Origin: an uncultured Verrucomicrobiae bacterium
GTDB lineage: Bacteria; Verrucomicrobiota; Verrucomicrobiia; Limisphaerales; JAFGQR01
Assembly (NCBI GenBank): GCA_963788655.1
Contig: CAWBHS010000057.1
Coordinates: forward strand, 288,001 to 352,000
Direction: 5' to 3'
DNA length: 64,000 bases
Position 1 is the stretch's first letter, and each line of letters starts with the position of its first letter. The position numbers were made by a program, and so were the translations under genes. The notes beneath the pieces were generated by a model. It ran no database searches, was not told the DNA's origin, and worked only from the letters and a program-made list of their open reading frames with translations. Shown piece by piece: positions 1 to 9,690 of the stretch.

Positions 1-176
1 CAGCGGGATGCCAAGGCGGACACGAGCGCGTGGGAGCGGGAGGTTGCTTCCCAGCCCCGCAGAGTGTTGCCCCGGAAAACGATGGCCGCCATCGCGACAG
101 GCGGTGACGTGTTGGTGTATGCGCTCTACGGCCTGACCCCGGAGAAAAAGCCCTCGTCCAAACCGCCGCGAAATGA
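1..176 (+). pseudogene. C-terminal end of a type IIG (Eco57I/TaqI-like) RM enzyme, partial at window edge
   Basis: Frame 1 reads QRDAKADTSAWERE-(about 20 aa insert)-DVLVYALYGLTPE, then EKALVQTAAK* after one indel. This matches the typical 'ADTSALEREID.LVY.LYGLT.EE' terminus. Confidence 0.7.
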
Positions 177-653
177 ATGTCCGCATCCAGAAAGACGTTG
201 TGGAACTTGCCTCGCGGAAGCACCGGCAGGCATGGAAGAAAAGTTCCAACGTCAGCGAGCAGACCAAATCAGCCCAATGGGTTCCGTCTGCCGGTCGTGG
301 CGCCAGGTCGAGGTCCGGGGCGAGCCCAGGTGCCAGGTGCCGTCTGCCCGACGCTATGCCAAACGTCCGGGTGCGGGGTGCATCACGCTCTCACCGCCGT
401 TCTTCGCTTCGGGGTAAGGAATCTCTTTTTTCGCAGAGGGGTGCGAGTCGAAGGGGGGGTAGGGGGGCTTTCGGGGGCCGGGTTGAGCGAATGGAGGGCT
501 GCTTTACCAAAGTTGGTTTTTGGAAATTTCGACAGGTAATGTGCACTACCAGGAGTCGCAACGGCACGGTCCAGATCGCACCGTCGAAGAAGAACAAGCG
601 ATTGGATTCGATTTGCGGTTTCAACGACTTTCATTACCATCGCGCCAAATTAC

Positions 654-857
654 ATGATCTGGATCGCCCCATCGGAAAAGGACACAGCCAACGGTACCCT
701 GGAAAAGAATCTCTGGGCCGCGGCCGACCAGTTCCGCGCCAACTCCGGCCTCAAATTCCAGGAATACTCCGCGCCCGTCCTCGGCCTCAACATCAACAGC
801 TACGACGACGACCCGCACGATGCCACCGGCCGCTTCGACTTCGTCCAAACCAACTGA
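654..857 (+). pseudogene. hsdM: Internally deleted type I RM HsdM remnant
   Basis: N-terminal [27 protein letters not shown] is joined directly to the mid-protein [13 protein letters not shown] segment; the NPPF motif is absent. Confidence 0.8.
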
Positions 858-866
858 ATCAATTTT

Positions 867-3800
867 ATGCCGCGCAAGAAAACGATCAATCCTGCTGCTC
901 CGAAGGCGGGCGATTCCATCTCGTCGATCAAATATCCCGCCAAGCGGAAGAACATCCCGCCGGCGGGGCTCGAAGCGCAGGGCGTGCTTCAGGAGGCCCC
1001 TCGCCTTCGCTACGAATACAACCCGCATCTGCCGCCGGAGCTTCGCTCGGCCACGGATGCGAGGGAGGCGGACAAGCTGCCGGAGCTTCTGGCCATTGCG
1101 CGAAAACGCGCACTGTCAGCCGACGAGGCGAAGGTACTCGCGGACGCCCTGCGCCGCCACGAGCCGTGGCTGGAGTGGAGCGGGAAGCGCGAGAAACCGT
1201 GGTTCGAGGTCGATCCGGTGGCCCTGCACATGCACGAGCGCATGTCCACCCAGGCCATCCTGCGCGTGTTGGCGCGGGAGGATGTCGAGCGCGATCTCTT
1301 TGCCGATCCGCAGCACGATTATGCCAAGGCCGTGCAGTTCTACCAGCACGACATGGACTGGGCGAACCGCATGATCCTCGGCGACTCGCTCCAGGTCATG
1401 GCCAGCCTCGCCCGGCGCGAAGACCTCGCGGGCAAGGTGCAGATGATCTACATCGACCCGCCCTACGGCATCAAGTTCGCCTCGAACTTCCAGCCGCAGC
1501 TCGGCCAGCGCGACGTAAAGGACCGCGAGCAGGACCTCACCCGCGAGCCGGAGATGGTCAAAGCCTACCGCGACACCTGGACGCTCGGCATCCACTCCTA
1601 CCTCGCCTATCTGCGCGACCGGCTGCAAATGGCCCGCGAACTCCTCGCCGACTCCGGCAGCATCTTCGTGCAGATCAGCGATGAAAATCTGCATCGCGTC
1701 CGGTGCGTGATGGATGAGGTGTTTGGGGCGGGGAATTTCGTTGCCACCGTCATCGTTGCAGAAAACGGGTGCACCAAAAAGGAGGCACGACTGGAGCCAA
1801 TCAATGACTATCTCCTGTGGTATGCGCACGTGACATCGCGAAGGTTAAGACACGAACCGTCTACACTTCACGAAGAAGCGGATGAAGGCGAAGAAGGTAC
1901 GGTTCAATTCAAATCTTTTCACCAGATGGTGAGGCACGACGACTAAGCGATGGCGACGTGGCTGACGCTGCGGAATTGCGATCAAAGGGATCGGCGTCTG
2001 CATTTGCAAGCGATCCGCTGACTTCTGGCGGCGAATTTCGCACCCAACTATTCGCGATCAGTTTCAAGGACCAGATCTTGGAATCCGCCGCGGAATAACT
2101 CATGGAAGACTCAATCGAGGAATCTATGACGGCGTGCCTTGCGTCAGATCGGGTTGATGGCGGGCAAGGGCAGATTCGCTATCGGAAGTTCGTTGACGAT
2201 TATCGCAGCGCAGTGCCGTTGACGAATTTGTGGACCGATGCAGCGCGGAAGCACTGACAAGATTTACGTCGTCCAAACGACTCCAAAGGTGGTTCAGCGC
2301 TGCATCTTGATGACCACCGACCCCGGCGACCTCGTGCTGGACCCGACGTGCGGGAGCGGGACGACGGCGTATGTGGCCGAGCAGTGGGGCCGGCGCTGGA
2401 TCACCTGCGATTCCAGCCGGGTGGCGCTGGCGCTGGCCAAGCACCGGCTGTTGACGGCGAAGTTCGATTACCACCAGCTTCGCCCGCTGAGCGCGGAGGA
2501 CGTGGCGCGCAATCCGCACGGGACGTGGCTGAGCGGGGACACCCTCGCCGCGCCGGACGAAAAGCGGCAGAGGACTGCCGCACTCCAAGACGCTTCGCGA
2601 AGTTCAGGGGCGTCAGATGGTGCGCCAGCTTTTGGACTGCGCCAGTCCTCTGGCGCTTTTTCCACGGGCAAATTCACCTTCAAGTGCAAGACGGTGCCGC
2701 ACATCACGCTCAAGAGCATCGCCCGCAACACCTCGCTTGATCCCATCTTCGCCAAACACGAGCCGATCCTCGCGGATAAGCTGACCCAACTGAACCGCGA
2801 AGTCGCCAAGGTCGGCGCGGCGCTCAAGGAGAAGCTGGTGGAGAAGCTGATCCACAAGCATCGCGAATCCGGCGCGAACGCCGTGACGGACGCCGACACC
2901 CGCCGCTGGCTGCTGCCGGACACGCAGCCGGTCTTGATCCGCTCGTTCCCCGCGAAGAAGCCATTCAAGGGCGTGACGCCGAAGCAGGCGGAGGCTTATC
3001 GCGCCGCGATTCCCAAAGGCGGCTGGCAGGAATGGGAGATCCCCTTTGACACCGATGCCAACTGGCCGAAGCCCTTGCAGGAAGCATTGACCACCTACCG
3101 CGACGCGTGGCGGGCCAAGATGGACGAGGTGAACGCCTGCATCTCCGCCAACGCCGAGATGGAAGAACTGGTGGACAAGCCTGAGCCAGTGAAGGGCGTG
3201 GTGCGGGTGAGCGGCCCGTTCTCGATGGAAGGCGTCATCTCCGTGGAAGACGGCCCCGACACGCCGATCGGCGGAGCGCCGGACGAACTGGAGACTTTCG
3301 ACGGCGACGCGGCGGTGCAGAACGCCGAGGCGCATCTCGATACGATCATCCGCCTGCTCAAAGCGAGCGGCGTAGATTTCCCCGGCAACAAGAACATGAA
3401 GTTCAGCCGGCTCGATCCGCTGACGGATGCCGCCATGATCCATGCCGAAGGTGAGTGGGACACTGCGGCGTTTGGAGTCCCGCCTTCAGGCGGCTCGGGC
3501 GAACCGGCTAAAGCCGGGACTCCGAACGAGAGTTCCCGCCGCGTGGCCGTGAGCATCGGGCCGGCGGTCGGCAACTTCAGCGCGATGCAGGTGGAGGAAA
3601 CGCTGCACACCGCGGGACGCCGGAGCTATGACGACATCGTTTTCGCGGGCTTCGGCTTCGATGCCACCGCGCAGGCGATCATCGATGCCGATCCGAATCC
3701 GCGGGTGCGCTGCCACATGGCGCTCATCCGCCCGGACGTGGCGATGGGCGACCTGCTCAAGACGCAGCCTGGGAGCCAGCTTTTCACCGTCTTCAGCGCC

Positions 3801-4187
3801 CCGCGCGTGAAAGGCCCGACGAAGCAGGCGGACGGCGAGTTCACCGTCGAGGTCGAGGGGATGGATGTCTATGACCCGGTGAGCAACACGCTTTTCCCGA
3901 CGGACAAGGAGCGGATCGCCGCGTGGTTCCTCGATGCGGATTACGACGGACGGACGTTCTGCATCTGCCAGGCGTTTTTCCCGGACAAGAGCAAGTGGTC
4001 CAAGCTGGCCAAGGCGCTCGGCGATGCCGACGTGATAGACGAAGGTGCGTTCGAGGCGTTGAGCGGCTTGACGAGCCTGCCCTTCCCGCGCCCCGAGCGG
4101 CGGGGCAAAGGCGAGACCTGGCGCGTGGCGGTGAAGGTGATAGATCCGCGCGGCAACGAAGGTTTGCGGGTGCTGACGATCAACTAA
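867..4187 (+). CDS. mod: Type III RM DNA methyltransferase (Mod), frame broken around 1780-2240
   Basis: IYIDPPYG in ORF 867-1946 and LDPTCGSGTT in ORF 2238-4187 (beta-class motif order); C-terminal VKVIDPRGNE; upstream of res. Confidence 0.9.
2560..2660. repeat. REP-like inverted doublet (family A) inside mod
   Basis: 29-nt arms at 2560-2588 and 2632-2660, 26/29 complementary; each arm has its own hairpin GCG(G/C)CAG-AGGA-CTG(C/G)CGC. Confidence 0.85.
3469..3528. repeat. REP-like inverted doublet (family B) inside mod
   Basis: GGAGTCCCGCCTTCAGGCGG...CCGGCTAAAGCCGGGACTCC; the same motif is intergenic at 17186 and 62989-63100. Confidence 0.85.
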
Positions 4188-4225
4188 CGGCATGTTGTCG
4201 TGCCGCCAACCAAATGGATTGATTT

Positions 4226-5407
4226 ATGAAACTGAAATTTCGCAGAAATGCTCACACGTTGAAGGCGGAGAATTTCGGCCCGATCAAGTCGGGCCGGGTG
4301 GAATTTGGCGACCTCACCATCCTGGTCGGCCCGCAGGCCACCGGCAAAAGCATCTTCCTCCAACTGCTCAAGTTGCTCGTTGACATCCGGCACGTAAAGT
4401 ATGAGTTCAAGCGTGCCGGCATTGACTGGCAAAACAAGTTCGAGCTTTTTCTGGATGTCTATTTTGGGGAAGGCATGAAGAACTTGAAGCAACCGGGAAC
4501 GCATGTGGAATTCGGTGGCGCGCCGGAAAATCTGGAATCTCTAGTCGCCGATACCAAGGCGGCGAAGGGCGAATCCATGTTCTTCATCCCCGCCCAGCGC
4601 GTGCTCACCCTGCGCGATGGCTGGCCCCAGGCCTTCACGTATTACGACCCGGGCGTTCCCTTCACCGTGCGCGAGTTCAGCGAAGAACTGCGCCTTTTGA
4701 TGACGGATCTGTCGCCCACCGAAACCTTGTTCCCCGTGCCGCGCCGGTTGAAACAGGAATTCCGCGACCTGCTCCAGGCTCATGTCTTCCCGGGTTTCAA
4801 CCTCAAGATTGACCCAGCGCGAACACAGAAGCGCCTGGTGCTGACGGCGGGTGAAAACGGAGCGGCCTTGCCGTTCATGGTCTGGTCTGCCGGTCAGCGT
4901 GAATTCGTTCCGCTGCTGTTGGGCTTGTATCATCTGCTCACCCCGGCAGGATCGCCCCGGCGGCAGGGGGTGAAATGGGTTGTGCTCGAGGAGCTGGAGA
5001 TGGGCCTGCATCCGCGGGCCATCAGCATCGTCATGCTGATGGTTTTTGAATTGGTTTCACGTGGTTACCGCGTCTGCATCTCCACCCATTCGCCGCAGGT
5101 GTTGGATGCCGTGTGGGCCTTGAAGCACTTGCACGAGTGCCGGGCCAAGCCTTCCGCCTTGCTCGAAGTCTTCGACGCCCCCGCGACTCAGGGTATGCAA
5201 AGCCTCGCGGAGAAAGTGATGAAGAAGCGCTCCAAAGTTTATTACTTCGACCGCGAAGGTGAAACCATCCGCGACATTTCCGACTTGAATCCTGATAAAG
5301 AAGAAAGCGGCGAAAGCGGTTGGGGCGGGCTTTCCGAGTTCAGCGGCCGGGCCAGCGAAGCGGTCGCAAAAGCGGTTGCAAACGCAGGGAGAAAGGCCCA
5401 GTCGTGA
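4226..5407 (+). CDS. ABC-type ATPase (AAA_15/AAA_21-like), defence-associated
   Basis: NFGPI, Walker A GPQATGKS, signature WSAGQRE, Walker B/D-loop VVLEELEMGLHP, H-loop STHSP; no TM segments or long coiled coil seen. Confidence 0.9.
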   Translation: MKLKFRRNAHTLKAENFGPIKSGRVEFGDLTILVGPQATGKSIFLQLLKLLVDIRHVKYEFKRAGIDWQNKFELFLDVYFGEGMKNLKQPGTHVEFGGAPENLESLVADTKAAKGESMFFIPAQRVLTLRDGWPQAFTYYDPGVPFTVREFSEELRLLMTDLSPTETLFPVPRRLKQEFRDLLQAHVFPGFNLKIDPARTQKRLVLTAGENGAALPFMVWSAGQREFVPLLLGLYHLLTPAGSPRRQGVKWVVLEELEMGLHPRAISIVMLMVFELVSRGYRVCISTHSPQVLDAVWALKHLHECRAKPSALLEVFDAPATQGMQSLAEKVMKKRSKVYYFDREGETIRDISDLNPDKEESGESGWGGLSEFSGRASEAVAKAVANAGRKAQS

Positions 5408-5871
5408 GTTTCAAAGATGCGGTGGAGTCCACTCCACATCTTGAATGGTGTGCTGGCCTGCAAGCGTTGCGGCGAGAGGACAAGCCACACATTGACCCAG
5501 AAGACCCGCGGCGCTTAAGCGGTAGTGTAGATGTTGATACGGCCTGGCTACAGCTTGATCCGCATGGTAATCGCTGGGATTTTGCCATCGCTTATCAGCA
5601 TGCCAACCGTGCCGAAGAATTCGTTTACTGGGTGGAGCTCCACACCGCGAGCGACTCGCAGGTGAAGAAGGTGATTGCGAAGGCCAACTGGTTGTTGAAC
5701 TGGCTGAAAACCAGCGGCCAACGCCTCAACGCGTTTGAACGCGAAATCCTTTGGGTCGCCAGCGGTGCCACCACGTTCACGCTCACCTCGTTCCAGAAGA
5801 AGCAAATGGCCTTGGCGGGACTGCAACATCGCGGCAAGGTGCTCCGCATCCCCAACCAATATCCCGACTGA
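5404..5871 (+). CDS. 155-aa hypothetical protein, possible PD-(D/E)xK-like nuclease
   Basis: GTG start overlaps the ATPase stop (GTGA); pattern RWDFAIAY...WVELH followed by a basic helix (VKKVIAKANW). Confidence 0.65.
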   Translation: MSFKDAVESTPHLEWCAGLQALRREDKPHIDPEDPRRLSGSVDVDTAWLQLDPHGNRWDFAIAYQHANRAEEFVYWVELHTASDSQVKKVIAKANWLLNWLKTSGQRLNAFEREILWVASGATTFTLTSFQKKQMALAGLQHRGKVLRIPNQYPD

Positions 5872-5883
5872 GCGAAACAGCGT

Positions 5884-8800
5884 ATGCCCGAAATCCAGAT
5901 TCCCATTCAGCCAGTCGAGAACCCGATTCTTTGCTCGCCCTACAAGGAGCCGGATCAACACTGGCTTTACGACACCAAGACGGGCATTCCCACGAAGACG
6001 CCCGGTCGCCGGCCCGCGAGTTACTGGTTCAAGACCGAACGCACCGGCAGCGCCCAAATGTCGTTGCTCGCCGAAGAAGAACGGGACGACCTGCCGCTGG
6101 TGAACGCGCTCCGCGAAGACGTGCGCCGTTGGCGGGGCTCGAATTGGGAGAACGCCAGCGAAACGACGAAGAAACTGCTGCGCCATTGGTGGCGCGAAGA
6201 TCGGGGACGACGGTTGTTCTTCTGCCAGGTGGAGGCCGTGGAGACGATTATTTATCTTCGGGAGATTCTGGCCCTTGGCAAAAAGCCCCGCTGGACGCCA
6301 AAGCTGACGCTCGATGATTTCAACACGCTCAGCCATGGGAAGAACCCGCGCCCGGAGGAATGGATGGCGCGAGTAGCGCAGCATCCGAAGTTGGCCGACA
6401 TTCCAAATGAGGCAGGAGCAAAGGCGATCCACCGTTACGCCTGCAAGATGGCCACGGGCAGCGGCAAGACGGTGGTGATGGCGATGCTCATCTCGTGGGC
6501 GTTTTGCAATCGGGGCACGAAGCCGGGCGATCCGCGTTTTCCGCGTCGGGCGCTGGTGCTATGCCCGAACCTCACGATCAAGGAACGGCTGAACGTGCTG
6601 CGCCCCGGCGACCCGAACAACTACTACGAGATGTTCGACATCGTGCCGTCATCGCTGCGTCCCGAACTGGCCAAGGGCAAGGTGCTCGTGACCAACTGGC
6701 ATTGGCTGGCACCCGAAGCGGAGGTTCAAAACGTGGGCGGTGCGCCCATCGTGCGGCTGGGCGCGGAGAGCGCCGAGGCTTTTGCACGTAATCGCTTGGG
6801 CGATCTGTGGGACGAGGAACCGCTGATGGTCCTGAACGATGAAGGCCATCATGCCTACCGACCCGCACCCGTGGACGAGGATGTTAAACTTTCCGCCGAG
6901 GAAAAAGCCGACCGCGAAGAAGCGACGGTGTGGGTGAGTGGGCTGGACAAGATCAATGCCGCCTGCGGCATCGGCATTTGCGTGGATATGTCGGCCACGC
7001 CGTTCTACCTGCATGGCAGCGGTTACCCGGAAGGTTCGCCGTTCCCGTGGATCGTCAGCGACTTCTCGCTGGTGGACGCCATCGAGAGCGGCATCACAAA
7101 GATTCCGCGTCTCCCGGCGATTGATAACACGGGACGGCCCGACCCGAAGTATTTCAAATTGTGGGATCACATTGTCCGCGACTTACGCGCTGGGGAGAAA
7201 CTTACCGGTGGTAAGCCCAAGCCTGCGGTGGTCTATCGCAAGGCCGAGGATGCGTTGTTGACGCTGGCAGGCGAGTGGAAACAGAAACTCGAACAGGTCA
7301 CCTCCTCCGCACCCGGACAGGATCGCACTCCGCCGGTGATGATCGTAGTCTGTGACAACACGGATATAGCCAAAGAGTTTTACCGCGCCATCTCCGGGGA
7401 AGAACTCATTGAGGCAGACGTTCCCGATGAAGAGGATGACGATGAGGATGAAACCCCAAAGCGACGGAAGAAAAAGGCCAAAGCCAAGAAACACTACGGC
7501 GCTGGGCTGCCCGGTTTCTCCGAGTTGTGGAATCGTGAGGGAGCAGAAGTAACGCTGCGCATTGACTCCAAGCTGCTCGCTGCCGCCGAGAGCGAAGACC
7601 CAAACACCACGAAGAAAGAAGCGGCGGAGGAATTGCGGAAGATTGTCTCGACCGTGGGCCGCGTCGGCGAAGCCGGCGAGCACATCCGCTGCGTTGTCAG
7701 CGTGAACATGCTCAGTGAAGGCTGGGACGCAAACAACGTGACGCATATTCTCGGCCTCCGCGCATTTCACAGCCAGTTGCTTTGCGAGCAAGTGGTGGGG
7801 CGGGGCTTGCGTCGTATAGATTACACGCCCGACCCCGTAACGGGATTGTTGACCGCTGAGTACGTGGACATTTTCGGCGTGCCGTTTTCCCTCATTCCTT
7901 TCAAGGGCCGCGAGCCAGGCGGAGGCCCGCCTCCGGAAGACCGCCCCAAGCACGAAGTCATGGCGTTACCCGAGCGGAAGCAATTCGAGATTCGATTTCC
8001 CGTGGTCGAAGGCTACGTGGTTTCACTCCAGCGCAACCTGGTGACCGCCGATTTGGGCAAAGTTGAGCGCACGAAGCTTGATCCGTGGACAACGCCAACG
8101 GATGCCTTCGTTCGTCCGCAGGTCGGTTATCAGATCGGCCATGCCAGCGCCCACGGCGGCTTCGGTTTTGAACTGGTGAATCGCCAGGAATATTACGACT
8201 CAGTTCATCCGCAGACCATCGAGTTTGAGATAACGCGGGAAATTGTCCGTGCGCTTACCGAGGCGGCGCATCCCGGCAAGGAGCGTCTGCGACGCGAGAG
8301 TCGCAGCGCGTTGTTCCCACAGGTGCTCCGAATCGTGCAGGGTTATATGCGGGAGCGCGTGGAGTTCAATGGCTTGAATCCTTGTGAGGTAGGCTTGCAG
8401 ACGTATGCCCAGCACATCATCGGCCGGTTGATTGCCGCGATCACGCCGGACGACAGCAAAGGCGAAGCGCCGTTGCTGCCACGGTTGAACCGCTACAAAC
8501 CGATTGAAAGCACTGAGAAGGTTCACTTCAAGACAGTGAAGCCGGTGCAAGTCACGGGAGCCAGCCACCTGAACTTTGTCGCGTGCGACACCAACTCATG
8601 GGAGCAAGCGGCCACATTCCAACTCGAAAAGCTGGCGAAAGAGGGTGTGGTCTATTGCTACGCCCGTAACGACCGTCTGGAGTTTAACATTCCTTACGAG
8701 CTTTACGGGAATCCCCAAGTGTATGAACCGGACTTCATTGTCCGACTTCGCAACTCTGTGAGTGTGGTGACCGAAATCAAAGGCAAGTCATACGAAGACA

Positions 8801-9078
8801 CAGATGCCAAGCATCAGGCGGCGCGACGGTGGGTCGCAGCAGTGAATCATTGGGGCAGGCTTGGCGAGTGGGACTTCATGGTCTGCCGCGAGCCGCAACG
8901 ATTGTCCGACGAGTTTGCGAAGCTCGTAACCTCACGAAACGAACGCATCCGCGCCGTGGCCGCGGAGTTGAAAACACAGGCCGAAGGTGAGGTTGGGCGG
9001 CTGCGCTCCCTCGGATGGACACAGGCAGACTTTGCGCGAGCGCTCAAGGAATTGCTGGAAACCAAGGGGGGGCTGTAA
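5884..9078 (+). CDS. res: Type III restriction endonuclease (Res)
   Basis: KMATGSGKT, NDEGHH, MLSEGWD, QVVGRGLR helicase motifs; C-terminal YEPDFIV..EIKG nuclease motif. Confidence 0.93.
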   Translation: MPEIQIPIQPVENPILCSPYKEPDQHWLYDTKTGIPTKTPGRRPASYWFKTERTGSAQMSLLAEEERDDLPLVNALREDVRRWRGSNWENASETTKKLLRHWWREDRGRRLFFCQVEAVETIIYLREILALGKKPRWTPKLTLDDFNTLSHGKNPRPEEWMARVAQHPKLADIPNEAGAKAIHRYACKMATGSGKTVVMAMLISWAFCNRGTKPGDPRFPRRALVLCPNLTIKERLNVLRPGDPNNYYEMFDIVPSSLRPELAKGKVLVTNWHWLAPEAEVQNVGGAPIVRLGAESAEAFARNRLGDLWDEEPLMVLNDEGHHAYRPAPVDEDVKLSAEEKADREEATVWVSGLDKINAACGIGICVDMSATPFYLHGSGYPEGSPFPWIVSDFSLVDAIESGITKIPRLPAIDNTGRPDPKYFKLWDHIVRDLRAGEKLTGGKPKPAVVYRKAEDALLTLAGEWKQKLEQVTSSAPGQDRTPPVMIVVCDNTDIAKEFYRAISGEELIEADVPDEEDDDEDETPKRRKKKAKAKKHYGAGLPGFSELWNREGAEVTLRIDSKLLAAAESEDPNTTKKEAAEELRKIVSTVGRVGEAGEHIRCVVSVNMLSEGWDANNVTHILGLRAFHSQLLCEQVVGRGLRRIDYTPDPVTGLLTAEYVDIFGVPFSLIPFKGREPGGGPPPEDRPKHEVMALPERKQFEIRFPVVEGYVVSLQRNLVTADLGKVERTKLDPWTTPTDAFVRPQVGYQIGHASAHGGFGFELVNRQEYYDSVHPQTIEFEITREIVRALTEAAHPGKERLRRESRSALFPQVLRIVQGYMRERVEFNGLNPCEVGLQTYAQHIIGRLIAAITPDDSKGEAPLLPRLNRYKPIESTEKVHFKTVKPVQVTGASHLNFVACDTNSWEQAATFQLEKLAKEGVVYCYARNDRLEFNIPYELYGNPQVYEPDFIVRLRNSVSVVTEIKGKSYEDTDAKHQAARRWVAAVNHWGRLGEWDFMVCREPQRLSDEFAKLVTSRNERIRAVAAELKTQAEGEVGRLRSLGWTQADFARALKELLETKGGL

Positions 9079-9080
9079 TC

Positions 9081-9527
9081 ATGCCAAACCAGAACTATCG
9101 CGTGGTCCTGGACACAAATGAAGTGGTTGGCGCTGGAACAGGCTGGTTGGATCATGGTGTTCCGGTTCCAGACAAGAACTCGCACCGTCGCGTTTTGATC
9201 CGGGTTGCGGAGTCGCACACCGGACTCTACAGCGGCAAAATCGTGGGCGAATATTTGGAGAAGCTCGTGGACCTCGGGCATCCGAAGGAGCGAGCGGTGA
9301 AGATGATCACCTACCTCATGGGAGCCTTCAGCCCGGTGAAGATCGTTTCCAAGTCTGCGCCCGTTCCTCCCGCCGATCCCGATGACGAAGTTGTTCTGCT
9401 CTGCGCAATTGACGGCAATGCCGATTACCTCGTCTCCAAGGACAAACACCTGACAGACATCAAAGGTAGTTACACCAAGCCGGTGATTGGACGAAGTGGC
9501 GAGTTGTCTGGGGCTTTGGGAGCGTGA
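9081..9527 (+). CDS. PIN-domain protein (VapC-like putative toxin)
   Basis: VVLDTN...DPDDEVVLLCAIDGNADYLVSKDKHL. Confidence 0.88.
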   Translation: MPNQNYRVVLDTNEVVGAGTGWLDHGVPVPDKNSHRRVLIRVAESHTGLYSGKIVGEYLEKLVDLGHPKERAVKMITYLMGAFSPVKIVSKSAPVPPADPDDEVVLLCAIDGNADYLVSKDKHLTDIKGSYTKPVIGRSGELSGALGA

Positions 9528-9557
9528 ATCATTGACAGATTCCCCTTCGGGTCGCGG

Positions 9558-9690
9558 TTGCGCGTGATTGATTGGGAGCAGCCGGCGAACAATGATTTCC
9601 TGCAGGTCAGCCAGTTCAGCGTCACCGGGGCGCTCTACACCTGCCGGCCGGATCTGGTCGGTTTCGTCAACGGCCTGTCGCAGGTGGTCA
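9558..9690 (+). pseudogene. hsdR: Type I RM HsdR N-terminal fragment
   Basis: RVIDWEQPANNDFLQVSQF..RPDLVGFVNGL, cut before the ELK motif. Confidence 0.8.

Noticed and set aside
173..1684. 503-aa ORF and other long Arg/Pro-rich overlapping or antisense ORFs
   Set aside because: Shadow frames of high-GC genes with no recognisable motifs.
867..2240. SSR-mediated phase-variable mod (phasevarion)
   Set aside because: No simple sequence repeat tract found in the gene.
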